This document shows, in pieces, positions 9,946-19,107 of a stretch of DNA of 64,000 nt. Source of the stretch: Candidatus Multivoradales bacterium. Lineage in GTDB: Bacteria; Acidobacteriota; Thermoanaerobaculia; Multivoradales; JAHEKO01. A program made the translations under genes and the position numbers. The notes below the pieces were generated by a model. The model saw only the letters and a program-made list of their open reading frames with translations, had not been told where the DNA came from and did no database searches. How positions within the stretch are numbered: position 1 is the first letter of the stretch; every line of letters starts with the position of its first letter. The DNA lies in contig CBDCXM010000008.1 in assembly GCA_965223855.1 (NCBI GenBank), positions 96,001 through 160,000 on the forward strand, in the 5' to 3' direction.

Positions 9946-12210
9946 CTGGCCAAGTCTCGTTTCGCCGCCCATCTGACCGGCGACAACCGACGGCTCGCAG
10001 AGCTGGCGGAAGCCGAGGGTGATCTGACCAAGGCAGCGCGCTACCGGGCTCGGGCCGGCCAGTTCTCGGAGGCTCTGAGACTCGCGGTTCGCGCCGGCAG
10101 TGCGGCACGGGCGATCCACTACGCCTTCAAGGCGGCGCTCGGAGAGGACTCGGCAGTCCCCAACGGAGCCACCGCACGACAGGCGGGCGATGTCCTGAGG
10201 GCCGCCGGACTGCTCGACGAGGCGCTGTTGGTGTTCGAACTCGGCTCGGCCTATGGGCCCGCCGCCGAGACGGCCACCAAGCTGCGCAGACCTCTCGAGG
10301 CCGCCGAGCTCTACGAGAAGGCGGGCGACTGGGCTCGGGCTGCGGTCTACTTCGAAGCAGAGGGCCGGTTGGCGGATGCGGTCAGGATGCTCGGTCTGCG
10401 CTCGAGGCAGCTCCAGCAGGAGATCGACGAACGGCGGCAGGCCGGTGCGATCCAGGAGAAGCGGGAGATCGACGATCGGCGCGCTACGCTCCTGTCGCAG
10501 TTGGGCCGTGGCAGCGAAGCCCGCCGGGCCATCGAGGGGCAGAGGGCCACGCCGCAGTCTGCCGAGCTGCATGAGCGGGCCGGTCGCTGGCAGGAGGCGT
10601 TCGAGGCTCATCTCGCGATGGGCGACGAGGAAGCGGCCGGCCGGCTCGCGTCTCGGGTGGAGAATCTGCCGCCGGCGCAACGGGCGGCGCTACTTGCCCG
10701 GGCGGGCCGCCACACCGAGGCGGCGGCGGCCCTGGCCGACGCCGGGCGCTTCGACGAGGCCGCGAGGCTGCTCGAGGAGCACAACCTCTGGTCGGAGTCC
10801 GCCCAGATTCGCGAGCGCGGTGAGGACTGGCGCGGAGCCGGCACAGCCCATCGACGCGCCGGAAACTTCGAAGCCGCCGCTCGCTGTTTCAAGCGCGCCG
10901 GCGAACCCGGTCTGGCTGCCGACGCCTATTCACGACTGGGCCGCCACAGCGACGCGGTCAGCCTCCACCTCCAGGCCGGGGACCTGGCGGCCGCAGCGCG
11001 CGCCTCCGAGCGCAACCACCATTTCGCGGAGGCGGCGCGCTACTACGTACAGGCGGGGGATCGGGAAGCTGCCATCGAGGCCCTCGGGAAGGTCTCCCCG
11101 GGCGCGGACGACTGGGTGGCATCGACGATGAAGCTCGTGCCGATGCTCCTCGAAGCGGGACGAGCCTCCCAGGCTCTGGACCGGGTGCGTCGGATCTCCG
11201 ACGACCCCCACGAGGTCGGCGAAGCCGCACTCGATCGCCTCTACTGGGAAGGACGGGCGCTCGAGGCGATGGACCGCGGAGCAGACGCCGCCGACGCCTA
11301 CACCCGACTGACACACCTGGATCCGGGACATCGGGACGCCGCCAGACGTCTCGAGCGATCCTCCCAACCGCCGCCGAGGGCGACCCTCGAGCGGGGCGGC
11401 CGGCTGGCGGATCGCTACCGCATCGAATCCGAGATCGGGCGCGGCGGTATGGGGCGCGTCTACCGGGCGATCGACGAGGAGCTCGACGAGCCGATCGCGC
11501 TCAAGGTGCTCCTGCACCTCGAACGGCAGGACTCCGAAGCCGAGTCACGACTGCTGCGGGAGGTGCAGATCTGTCGTCGCATCACCCACCCCAACATCGT
11601 GCGGGTCTTCGACCTCGGACGTTTCGACCGCGGTCTCTTCGTCACCATGGAACTCCTCGAGGGCACGGACCTCGCGACTCGGCTCGAGGACCGGGGGCCG
11701 CTGTCGCTCGCCGAGTGCCGCCGCATTCTCACCGACGTCCTCTCGGGCCTCGAAGAAGCGCACGCCCAGGGAGTGATCCATCGCGACCTCAAGCCCCACA
11801 ATCTCTTCCTCACCACCGAGCGGACGAAGATCCTCGACTTCGGGATCGCTCATGGCCGCAGCTTCGACACCAGACTCACCCGCACCGGACAGGCAGTCGG
11901 CACACCGGCCTATATGGCGCCCGAGCAACTGATGAGCCGGCAGATCGACGAGCGCACCGATCTCTACTCGCTTGGCGCGGTGCTCTACGAAATGCTCACC
12001 GGTCGTGGACCGTTCGAAGCTGACAACCCTACGGCACTCGCACTCGCCCACGTCCAGGAAGCACCCCGCAACGTTCGCGACGGACGGGAGGGACTGCCGG
12101 AGTCCTGGGGACGGTTCGTCCACCGGCTGCTGGCCAAGGAGCCCGAGCTCAGACTGCCTTCGGTCTCGCACGCGCTCAACGTCGTTCACGCCCTGCCGAC
12201 CGACGGCTGA
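9946..12210 (+). CDS. Cytoplasmic Ser/Thr kinase with N-terminal TPR/alpha-solenoid repeats
   Basis: C-terminal IGRGGMG, IALK, HRDLKPHN, DFG, GTPAYMAPE; repeats such as AAELYEKAGDW; no TM. Start inferred at CTG 9946 after GAGGAG. Confidence 0.85.
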   Translation: MAKSRFAAHLTGDNRRLAELAEAEGDLTKAARYRARAGQFSEALRLAVRAGSAARAIHYAFKAALGEDSAVPNGATARQAGDVLRAAGLLDEALLVFELGSAYGPAAETATKLRRPLEAAELYEKAGDWARAAVYFEAEGRLADAVRMLGLRSRQLQQEIDERRQAGAIQEKREIDDRRATLLSQLGRGSEARRAIEGQRATPQSAELHERAGRWQEAFEAHLAMGDEEAAGRLASRVENLPPAQRAALLARAGRHTEAAAALADAGRFDEAARLLEEHNLWSESAQIRERGEDWRGAGTAHRRAGNFEAAARCFKRAGEPGLAADAYSRLGRHSDAVSLHLQAGDLAAAARASERNHHFAEAARYYVQAGDREAAIEALGKVSPGADDWVASTMKLVPMLLEAGRASQALDRVRRISDDPHEVGEAALDRLYWEGRALEAMDRGADAADAYTRLTHLDPGHRDAARRLERSSQPPPRATLERGGRLADRYRIESEIGRGGMGRVYRAIDEELDEPIALKVLLHLERQDSEAESRLLREVQICRRITHPNIVRVFDLGRFDRGLFVTMELLEGTDLATRLEDRGPLSLAECRRILTDVLSGLEEAHAQGVIHRDLKPHNLFLTTERTKILDFGIAHGRSFDTRLTRTGQAVGTPAYMAPEQLMSRQIDERTDLYSLGAVLYEMLTGRGPFEADNPTALALAHVQEAPRNVRDGREGLPESWGRFVHRLLAKEPELRLPSVSHALNVVHALPTDG

Positions 12211-12284
12211 AGACCGGCGCGCCCCGGCGACCGACGGCGGAACCCGGCCCGCTCAGCCCTCGCGGCCGGCATGGCCGCGCAGGC

Positions 12285-13892
12285 TCAGTTGCCCAGATAG
12301 CCCAGACTTCGCAGGAGGTCGAGGTCTTCTTCGGAGAGATCGCGTGCGCCGGCCGCCAGCTGCCCCTCGATCAGCTTGCGCACTTCCTGGATGTCGCGTT
12401 GCAGCTTTCGGGCGGCGAACGGGGCCGGCCCCTCCTGCTTGTGGCTCAGGTCGTAGCGCTCCCACGGATCGGTCTCGAGGTTGAACGTCCCGCTCCCGGA
12501 TCCGTCCTGGTCGAGAGCCTTGTACGGCCAGCGGTAGGCAGCCACCGCCGAAAGCTTGTCGTGCTTCTGCGAAAAGCCGTGGGCAAACCAGGTGACGTCC
12601 CGCTCACACTCACCGTCGAAACAACGGACGAGAGACTCGCCCTCCGCCTCGGGCAGGTCGCGAATCCCCATCACGTCGAGCACCGTCGGGGCGATGTCGT
12701 GGGTCAGGGCGCGCGCCGCAGTCCTCACTCCGGCAGGGACTCCCGGCCCCTTCATCGCCCACAGGATCCGGAGTTGGTCTTCCCGGTTGAACCCGGCGTG
12801 ACCGACGGCCGAGCGAAAGCGATAGACCCCCTCACCGTGGTCGGATGCCAGGATCCAGAGAACAGGGCGGTCGTCGGCCTCGACCTCTTCGCGAAGCATC
12901 CCGAGATGCCGATCCACGAAGTCGACCTCGCGCTGGTAGTTGTCGACAACCTCCGAACGCGGCGGCTTGCGGAGGCCGCCGTCGAAGCTGACGGTCAGCG
13001 TTGCGGGCAAGTCCTCGGTACGGACGAGTTCCACTTCGAGCGGCCCGCCACCGAGACCCGCGTCCGGCCGCGGCAGCTGCTCCCACGACGCCACGTACTC
13101 GAGCAGCCGGTCGTTGCTGCGAAAGCGCACCCAGATCTCGGTGTCGGGATGGTCGTCGGCGGCTGGCTCCCGCAGCGACGTCCAGCGAACGGTATGACTG
13201 CCCGGAGACAGCGTCAGATCGACCGACTGTGTCTCCTTGTCGGTCAGCCGCACTCGAGCCACCTCCTCTCCATCGAGTTCCACCAGGGTGTCCGGTTCCC
13301 CGCCTTCGAGCCCGTACGGCTCGTGCGGATCGGACAGATGGACCCACAGAAAGTACGGCTCTTCACCGCGCTCTTCGATCCAGGGCCGGGCGGCGGCGAG
13401 CACCTCGTCCGCCCGCCGATAGAAGCGGGGCACCGCGTCGTAGCCGTCGTCGTAGACCTCGAAGCCGCGATCGAGCCGGTACTCGCTGCGCAAGGTCGCC
13501 AGCGACACGAACGCCCCCGTCCGGTAGCCGAACTCACCCAGGATCTGCGGCAGAGTGCGCACGCCGTCGGGGACCTTCTCCCCGTTGAGAAGAACCCCGG
13601 CACCCAACGGCGTGCGACCCGAGAGCAGGCTCGTGTGAGCCGGGAGCGTCATCGGCACCGTCGTGCGTGCCTGCTCGAACAGCACCCCTTCGGCGGCAAA
13701 CCGCTCGAGCTCCGGGGTCCCGTCGACATCCGGGTTGAAGAGGCCGGTGTGCAGCAGATGCAGAGTGTCGAGCGTGACCAGAACGACGCGCGGGAAACGA
13801 TCGAGAGTCCGCGCACGGGCGCCGGGCCCGGTCCACCACCAGGCGAAGGCGACTGCCAGCAATGCGGCGATGGCGACCAGGAGCTTCTTCAC
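12285..13892 (-). CDS. Sulfatase-like (alkaline phosphatase superfamily) secreted hydrolase
   Basis: VVLVTLDTL, TLPAHTSLLSG, HLSDPHEPY, SDHGE, C-terminal LRSLGY; N-terminal signal/anchor. Confidence 0.85.
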   Translation of the reverse strand: MKKLLVAIAALLAVAFAWWWTGPGARARTLDRFPRVVLVTLDTLHLLHTGLFNPDVDGTPELERFAAEGVLFEQARTTVPMTLPAHTSLLSGRTPLGAGVLLNGEKVPDGVRTLPQILGEFGYRTGAFVSLATLRSEYRLDRGFEVYDDGYDAVPRFYRRADEVLAAARPWIEERGEEPYFLWVHLSDPHEPYGLEGGEPDTLVELDGEEVARVRLTDKETQSVDLTLSPGSHTVRWTSLREPAADDHPDTEIWVRFRSNDRLLEYVASWEQLPRPDAGLGGGPLEVELVRTEDLPATLTVSFDGGLRKPPRSEVVDNYQREVDFVDRHLGMLREEVEADDRPVLWILASDHGEGVYRFRSAVGHAGFNREDQLRILWAMKGPGVPAGVRTAARALTHDIAPTVLDVMGIRDLPEAEGESLVRCFDGECERDVTWFAHGFSQKHDKLSAVAAYRWPYKALDQDGSGSGTFNLETDPWERYDLSHKQEGPAPFAARKLQRDIQEVRKLIEGQLAAGARDLSEEDLDLLRSLGYLGN

Positions 13893-13931
13893 GGCGCGGC
13901 GATCCTAACCCGCCCCTTCGAGGCGGGTCCG

Positions 13932-13962
13932 AAAAAAAACGGCGGTCTCGCGACCGCCGTTT
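13932..13962 (-). terminator. Rho-independent terminator of the 13995-15485 gene
   Basis: Hairpin AAACGGCGGTC-TCGC-GACCGCCGTTT with an 8-nt A run (U-tract on the minus strand). Confidence 0.85.
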
Positions 13963-13994
13963 CGAAGTCGATGCGACTCCTCGATCATCTCCCG

Positions 13995-15485
13995 TCAGGG
14001 GAGGGTCGAGGACCACGCCGAGGTGTCGCCACTCTCGAATCCGTCCTCGAAGATATCCGGACCGGGAGTCGTCCCGCCGAAGGGCACGTCGAGCGTGCCG
14101 CTGTCGCGGAACGTCTTGAGCGTGTGAGTGGCGGAATCCGGGGCGACGTCCGAGTCGAACCAGAAGGAGTACATCGTTCCCCAGCGCAGTGCGTTGGTGT
14201 CGTCCCCTGCATCGGCGGCGTCCCACGAAACCGTCCCCGCTCCCATGTCCACGGTCGGAGTCCAGTCGGAGGTGTCGTACGGCTCACCCGAGTGATGGGC
14301 GATGTCGCTGAAGCCGACGTTGGTGATCGACGCCGGGCCACCGAAATCGATCAGGAAGCCGTCGGCTGACGTGTGCGAGTTGATGTTGTGGATCGCGTAC
14401 TCGTAGTGGTACGTCGTACCGCCGCCCTCGGAGAGCACCTCCGTCACCCTGCGGGCGGCGTTGAAGCGCTCCGTCACCGTGTAGTCGGGGTAGAAGTTGC
14501 CCGGGGGCACCGGTGACTTCGCCTCTTCTCCCGTGTACATCGTGTCCTTGTCGGCGAACACGATCTCGACCTGGGGATCCTCCTCCTGCCAGGCGAAGAT
14601 CGCCGGCAGCTCCCGTACCGTCGAGTTGGTGAAGCTGAGATTCAGGCCCGGCATGCTGCCGACACTGATCGGGCGGTAGCTGGCGTTGTTGAGCCCGTTG
14701 TTCGCCCTCGCGTCGTCGCGAACGACGTACTGGCCCTCACCCCAGTACTTGGCGCCGGCATTCTGCGCCGGATCGATGTCCGACTCGGCGACGACGACAC
14801 GCTGGTCGTAGGCGTCATTCGTCTCTCCACCGGCGGGATTCGCCGCGTGCTCGCCGCCCGCGGCATGGACGTCGGAACGCCGGCCGAGCGGCCGGGAACC
14901 GTTGAGGCCCGCCCAGTAGAAGTCGACGCAGCCGAGACCGAGCTGGTCGCCGCCCGCCGGAGGCTGGACGCAGGAGCTGTTCGGCGTGCCGTTGTCGTTC
15001 CACATGCAGGCTGACGCCGAACTGTTGGTCGAGACGAAACCGTGCTTGAGGAAGCTCGCACCGATCTGCTGGAAGCGGCCGTCCTTGAGCCTGTAGAGGT
15101 TCTGCGCGATCACCGGATGGTCATCGACCGACGCGGGAGCGATCGGATGCCAGCTGGAGGTGGTGGTGCGGCAGCTCGAGGTCTGATCGCACCAGTCCGA
15201 AGGATAGGAACCGACGCCGCACGACTCGGTGCCGAAGGCGTAGCCGCGGCAGTCCTCGCTGCCGTTGCCGTAGCCGGCCGGGCAACTCGTGCCGCCCCCC
15301 GAGGTGTAGTTGTCGATCCCCGACAGGTCGAAGACGGTCACGTCAGGGCCGGTCGAGAGACCTTCCAGGCGCTGCGCGTACGCCTCGGCGACGCGTTCCT
15401 CCTCGGAGCGGAAGTCCTGTGCCGCAACGCCGGTGGCAGCGAGCAGGAGGCAGAGGGAGAGGGCTGTCCAACAGATCTGCTTCAT
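13995..15485 (-). CDS. Secreted Cys-rich hypothetical protein with C-terminal IFEDGFESGDTSAWS tail
   Basis: Signal peptide MKQICWTALSLCLLLAATGVAAQ, GGAG RBS, upstream TG-TATACT -10, downstream terminator. Confidence 0.85.
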   Translation of the reverse strand: MKQICWTALSLCLLLAATGVAAQDFRSEEERVAEAYAQRLEGLSTGPDVTVFDLSGIDNYTSGGGTSCPAGYGNGSEDCRGYAFGTESCGVGSYPSDWCDQTSSCRTTTSSWHPIAPASVDDHPVIAQNLYRLKDGRFQQIGASFLKHGFVSTNSSASACMWNDNGTPNSSCVQPPAGGDQLGLGCVDFYWAGLNGSRPLGRRSDVHAAGGEHAANPAGGETNDAYDQRVVVAESDIDPAQNAGAKYWGEGQYVVRDDARANNGLNNASYRPISVGSMPGLNLSFTNSTVRELPAIFAWQEEDPQVEIVFADKDTMYTGEEAKSPVPPGNFYPDYTVTERFNAARRVTEVLSEGGGTTYHYEYAIHNINSHTSADGFLIDFGGPASITNVGFSDIAHHSGEPYDTSDWTPTVDMGAGTVSWDAADAGDDTNALRWGTMYSFWFDSDVAPDSATHTLKTFRDSGTLDVPFGGTTPGPDIFEDGFESGDTSAWSSTLP

Positions 15486-15585
15486 CGAGTGTCTCCGTTC
15501 TAGAGGGGTGGCAGCGCCGTGGCTTGACTCTGATTGCCGGGCGGTACGATCTTGCGGAGCGCCAGTATACAGCAGGCGCGCCGCC

Positions 15586-17559
15586 TCAGTTGCCCGAGGA
15601 TTCGGCCTCGCGCCGGACGGCCGCGAGCCGCTCTTCGACCGGCGGCCAGCCCGGCCTCATCTCGGCAGCGGCGCGGAGCTGTTGCTCTGCACCGCGCCAC
15701 CTGCCCAGCATGCTGAGTACGTCCGCGAAGCGAACTCGGGTCTCGGCGTCGCGCGGATTGATCTCGACGGCTCTCTCGTAGGCGGCGGCGCTCTCTTCGA
15801 GATCGCCCGCCGCGGCGAGAGTGCCCGCCAGGTTCTCGAGCGCGGGGAGGTGCCGCGGATCGAGGTCGAGCGTCGCCCGGAAGCCGGCGATCGCAGCATC
15901 GAGGTCCCCCTCCAGCGCCGAGACCAGGCCGAGATGGTAGAGGACCGCGGGCGAATCGCCGAAGTCGACACGCTGGCGCTGGAAGGCCCTCCTCGCTCCG
16001 GCCAGATCGCCTTCGCTGACGGCCACCACGCCGAGGTTCGTCCACGCGCGGCTCTCATGAGGGTCGGCCGCAGCGGCCTTCTCGAACCGATCGCGCGCGG
16101 AGATGCCGTCGCCCGCCTCGAAGGCGTAGCGGCCGAGAAGCAGGTGCATTCGCGCCGCAAGTTCGTCGGTCTCGATCGCCGCGAGCGCGAGCCTGCGGGC
16201 CGCCTCCTCCCGCCCGACGAGCGCGTTGAGGGCCGCCGCGCGGGCCGTCGCACCGCGCGAAGCCATCAGGCCGATCTCGGCCGCACGCGCGTAGGCCTGA
16301 GCACCCTCGGCCGCACGCTGCCGCAGGGCGGCCGGTAGCGGCGCCGGGGAGGCGGTGAGATCGAAGACAGCCCCCTGATACGCCGCCGTCGCCCTGACCG
16401 CCTGCTCGCCGCGCCACTCGCTCCAGCGGACGACCGCGCTGTGCCCCCAGATCACAGTGAGCGCCGCAACCAGCGCCAGGAACACCCAACCCGAAAGCTG
16501 CACCACGCCCTTGCGCTTGAGCGGCCAGCTCTTGAGGGTCACGTCGCGCCGCTTCCACAGCCTCCAGGCGATCAGCATCCAGGCGCCGACCAGGCCCGCG
16601 ATCCCGAGCGCCAGGAGGAACGGCACCATGCCGTAGAGACCATGCACCACGAGGAAGGCCGCCAGAGCGCTGCCCCCTGCGACAAGTTCCTCGCCCAGGG
16701 TCAGCGAGTAGCGAGCGAGAACGCGACCGCGCTCCGTGCCGCGGGCGGCGAATGGCAGTCGCCCCACCCCGTAGTAGAGCGCGTCGTTGGGGCAGACGCT
16801 CACGCAATCGAGACACTTCATGCAGCCGCTGTCGACCACCATGCCGAAGTCCCGCACCTCCTCGTGAACCCGGACGTTGGAGGTACACACTGCCGTGCAG
16901 TGGCCGCAGCCCTCGCAGGCGTCGGTCACCCGGATCCTCAGGGGCGCTACCTTCTCCGCCGCCGAGAAGAGCGCGCCGTACGGGCAGGCATAGGTGCAGA
17001 AGCCCTTGGCGCCGAGAAAGTAGACCGTGGCGACGCCGCAGATGAGAAACGTCAGGCCGCCCACGACCCAGCCGGGGAACGTCGCCCAGAATTCTCCGGT
17101 CGTGAACTCCGTCGCGGTGACGGCGAGCGAGTCGGTGGCCAGGTAGCGCCGCACCGCCGGCCAGACGAAGGCGTAGAGGCAGGCGATCCACGGCACCCAT
17201 GCCAGGAGCCGCGAGCGGATCAGCGTCGGCCGCCGCCCGAAGCGGGCGAGCAGACTGCGAGCTCCGTCCTGGAGCGCGACGAGGTGGCAGGCCCAGCCGC
17301 AGAAGAAACGGCCGAAGACCGCCGTCACGAGGATCATCGCCGCGAAGAAGACGAGACCGGTGTTGACGATCCCCGAGTTTGCGAACGCGGCCGCCTCCGA
17401 GGGCTCGACCGGGGTGACGGTCCGCCCGCTGACCAGCCAGTGGGTGATGTGCGCGGCGATCGCCAGGTGCACGAGAACCAGCACGGCGGCTCTGCGAGGC
17501 GCCGACTTCGACCGCCTGATGGTGCGCCCGGGCTCCGACGGCAGGACGTTGAGCGGCAT
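15586..17559 (-). CDS. Membrane 4Fe-4S-binding protein (NapH/MauN-like) fused to TPR repeats
   Basis: GRFFCGWACH, FCTYACPYG, CEGCGHCTAVC, CMKCLDCVSVCP; several TMs; C-terminal TPRs. Confidence 0.87.
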   Translation of the reverse strand: MPLNVLPSEPGRTIRRSKSAPRRAAVLVLVHLAIAAHITHWLVSGRTVTPVEPSEAAAFANSGIVNTGLVFFAAMILVTAVFGRFFCGWACHLVALQDGARSLLARFGRRPTLIRSRLLAWVPWIACLYAFVWPAVRRYLATDSLAVTATEFTTGEFWATFPGWVVGGLTFLICGVATVYFLGAKGFCTYACPYGALFSAAEKVAPLRIRVTDACEGCGHCTAVCTSNVRVHEEVRDFGMVVDSGCMKCLDCVSVCPNDALYYGVGRLPFAARGTERGRVLARYSLTLGEELVAGGSALAAFLVVHGLYGMVPFLLALGIAGLVGAWMLIAWRLWKRRDVTLKSWPLKRKGVVQLSGWVFLALVAALTVIWGHSAVVRWSEWRGEQAVRATAAYQGAVFDLTASPAPLPAALRQRAAEGAQAYARAAEIGLMASRGATARAAALNALVGREEAARRLALAAIETDELAARMHLLLGRYAFEAGDGISARDRFEKAAAADPHESRAWTNLGVVAVSEGDLAGARRAFQRQRVDFGDSPAVLYHLGLVSALEGDLDAAIAGFRATLDLDPRHLPALENLAGTLAAAGDLEESAAAYERAVEINPRDAETRVRFADVLSMLGRWRGAEQQLRAAAEMRPGWPPVEERLAAVRREAESSGN

Positions 17560-17570
17560 CGACGGTCCCG

Positions 17571-18128
17571 TTAGCGTCGACGACGCTCGGCGTCGAAGTC
17601 GATCACGGTGGCGCCGTCCCCGGCGACGTCCTTGCCACCGGCAGCGTCAACGGCGTCGGCATTGCCATCGGCATCCGCGCCGTTGCCGGCGGACGACCTC
17701 TCGCCATCGCCCTCGGCGACGGCGGGTTCCGCCGGCGCCGTGGGCGGCTCGTCCTCCTGCTCTCCCGCGGGAGCCTCGCCGAGCTGCAAGCCGAAGTCCG
17801 CGGACGGGTCGGCGAAGGCGGTCATCGCTTCGAACGGCACCCGCAACGTCGCCGGCGCTCCACCGAAGCGCAGATCGACGTTGAAGCCATCGGGATCGAC
17901 CTCCAGGTTCCAGAACTGGTTCTGGAGGACGATCGTGATCTCCTCCGGATACTGGCGGCGCAAGGCCTCCGGCATGCCCACGCCCGCCACGTCGGTCCGG
18001 AACGTGATGTAAAAGAAGTGCTCGCCGGGAAGGCCGTCCTCGGCCACCTCGGCGAGCAGACTCGCCACCGCCCCGCGCAGCGCTCGCAGGACGAGACCGG
18101 GATAGTCGATGGCGGTGCCGGGCTTCAT
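17571..18128 (-). CDS. sspB: ClpXP adaptor SspB (alphaproteobacterial type)
   Basis: GLPGEHFFYITFRT, YPEEITIVLQNQFWNL, FADPSADFGLQ, acidic tail ending VIDFDAERRR. Confidence 0.85.
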   Translation of the reverse strand: MKPGTAIDYPGLVLRALRGAVASLLAEVAEDGLPGEHFFYITFRTDVAGVGMPEALRRQYPEEITIVLQNQFWNLEVDPDGFNVDLRFGGAPATLRVPFEAMTAFADPSADFGLQLGEAPAGEQEDEPPTAPAEPAVAEGDGERSSAGNGADADGNADAVDAAGGKDVAGDGATVIDFDAERRRR

Positions 18129-18259
18129 GTCGCCCGAGGATGATAGCTCGCCGAAACCCGCGGGTACGTCCGCTCAACTTCGCCGGGCCCTCGACGTACC
18201 CTTGGGTAGCTCGGGCCGGCCGGTCCGGCAGCCGGAACTCCAACCTACGGAGGTGCAGC

Positions 18260-19024
18260 ATGACCCGCTTTCGCCCTCTTCTCGTCGTCGCCGTCGCCGT
18301 GGCCGCCTGCGCCGTGCCGGGCCACTCTCAGATTCCTGAGACTTTCCAGAACCTGCAGAGACTCGCGCCGGACAGCAGTCGCGACGCCGTGGTCGCTGCC
18401 ATGAGAGCGTGGTCGAGTGCCCTCGGAGTGCGCTGCAACCACTGCCACGTCGGCCCGGACAACCTGGTCGGGATGGACTTCGCGAGCGACGAGAAGGCGA
18501 CCAAGAGGACGGCTCGCAGGATGTTCGACATGGTCGGCGCTCTCAATCGAGAGCTGCTCGCCGAGCTGCCGGTCGCCGCGGAAGGCAGGGATCCCCGACC
18601 CGTCTCATGCTTCACCTGCCACCGCGGCAGGGCGTTGCCGCCCGGCGACCTGGTGGCGGAGCTCGACGCAGTCGCGAGGGAGGACGGACTCGAGCCTGCG
18701 CTCGACCACTACGAGGCGGTCCGAGCGGAGTCCTACGGGGCGGGCCAGTACGACTTCCGCCCCTCCACTCTCGCGAGGTTCGCCCGCCACCGGATGGAGT
18801 CGGGCGACGTCGCCGGCGCGGTGAGGGTGCTCGAAGCGAGCCTCGGGTACGACCCGGGCGTCGCCGACTCTCACGCCCTGCTCGGGATGGTGCGACTCCA
18901 GTCCGGAGACGGCGAAGGAGCGCGTCGCGACCTCGAGAAGGCACTCGAACTCGACCCCGGAAATCGAAGTGCCACGCGGGGCCTGGAAGTCCTCGAAGGA
19001 CAGGCCTCCGGCACGAGCAACTGA
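18260..19024 (+). CDS. Secreted di-heme c-type cytochrome (PufC-like) with C-terminal TPR
   Basis: GGAGG RBS, signal peptide, M...LGVRCNHCH and CFTCHRG heme motifs. Confidence 0.82.
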   Translation: MTRFRPLLVVAVAVAACAVPGHSQIPETFQNLQRLAPDSSRDAVVAAMRAWSSALGVRCNHCHVGPDNLVGMDFASDEKATKRTARRMFDMVGALNRELLAELPVAAEGRDPRPVSCFTCHRGRALPPGDLVAELDAVAREDGLEPALDHYEAVRAESYGAGQYDFRPSTLARFARHRMESGDVAGAVRVLEASLGYDPGVADSHALLGMVRLQSGDGEGARRDLEKALELDPGNRSATRGLEVLEGQASGTSN

Positions 19025-19107
19025 TCGGTCGACGAAGGTTCCATCGACCGCATCGACCGCCTATGATGGGAGGATCGAAACGCCGCTCTCGTGGCGATCC
19101 AATCCCG

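Noticed and set aside
18162-18201. Hairpin GGGTACGTC...GACGTACCC between sspB and the cytochrome gene
   Set aside because: A single 9-bp stem with no recognisable riboswitch consensus.
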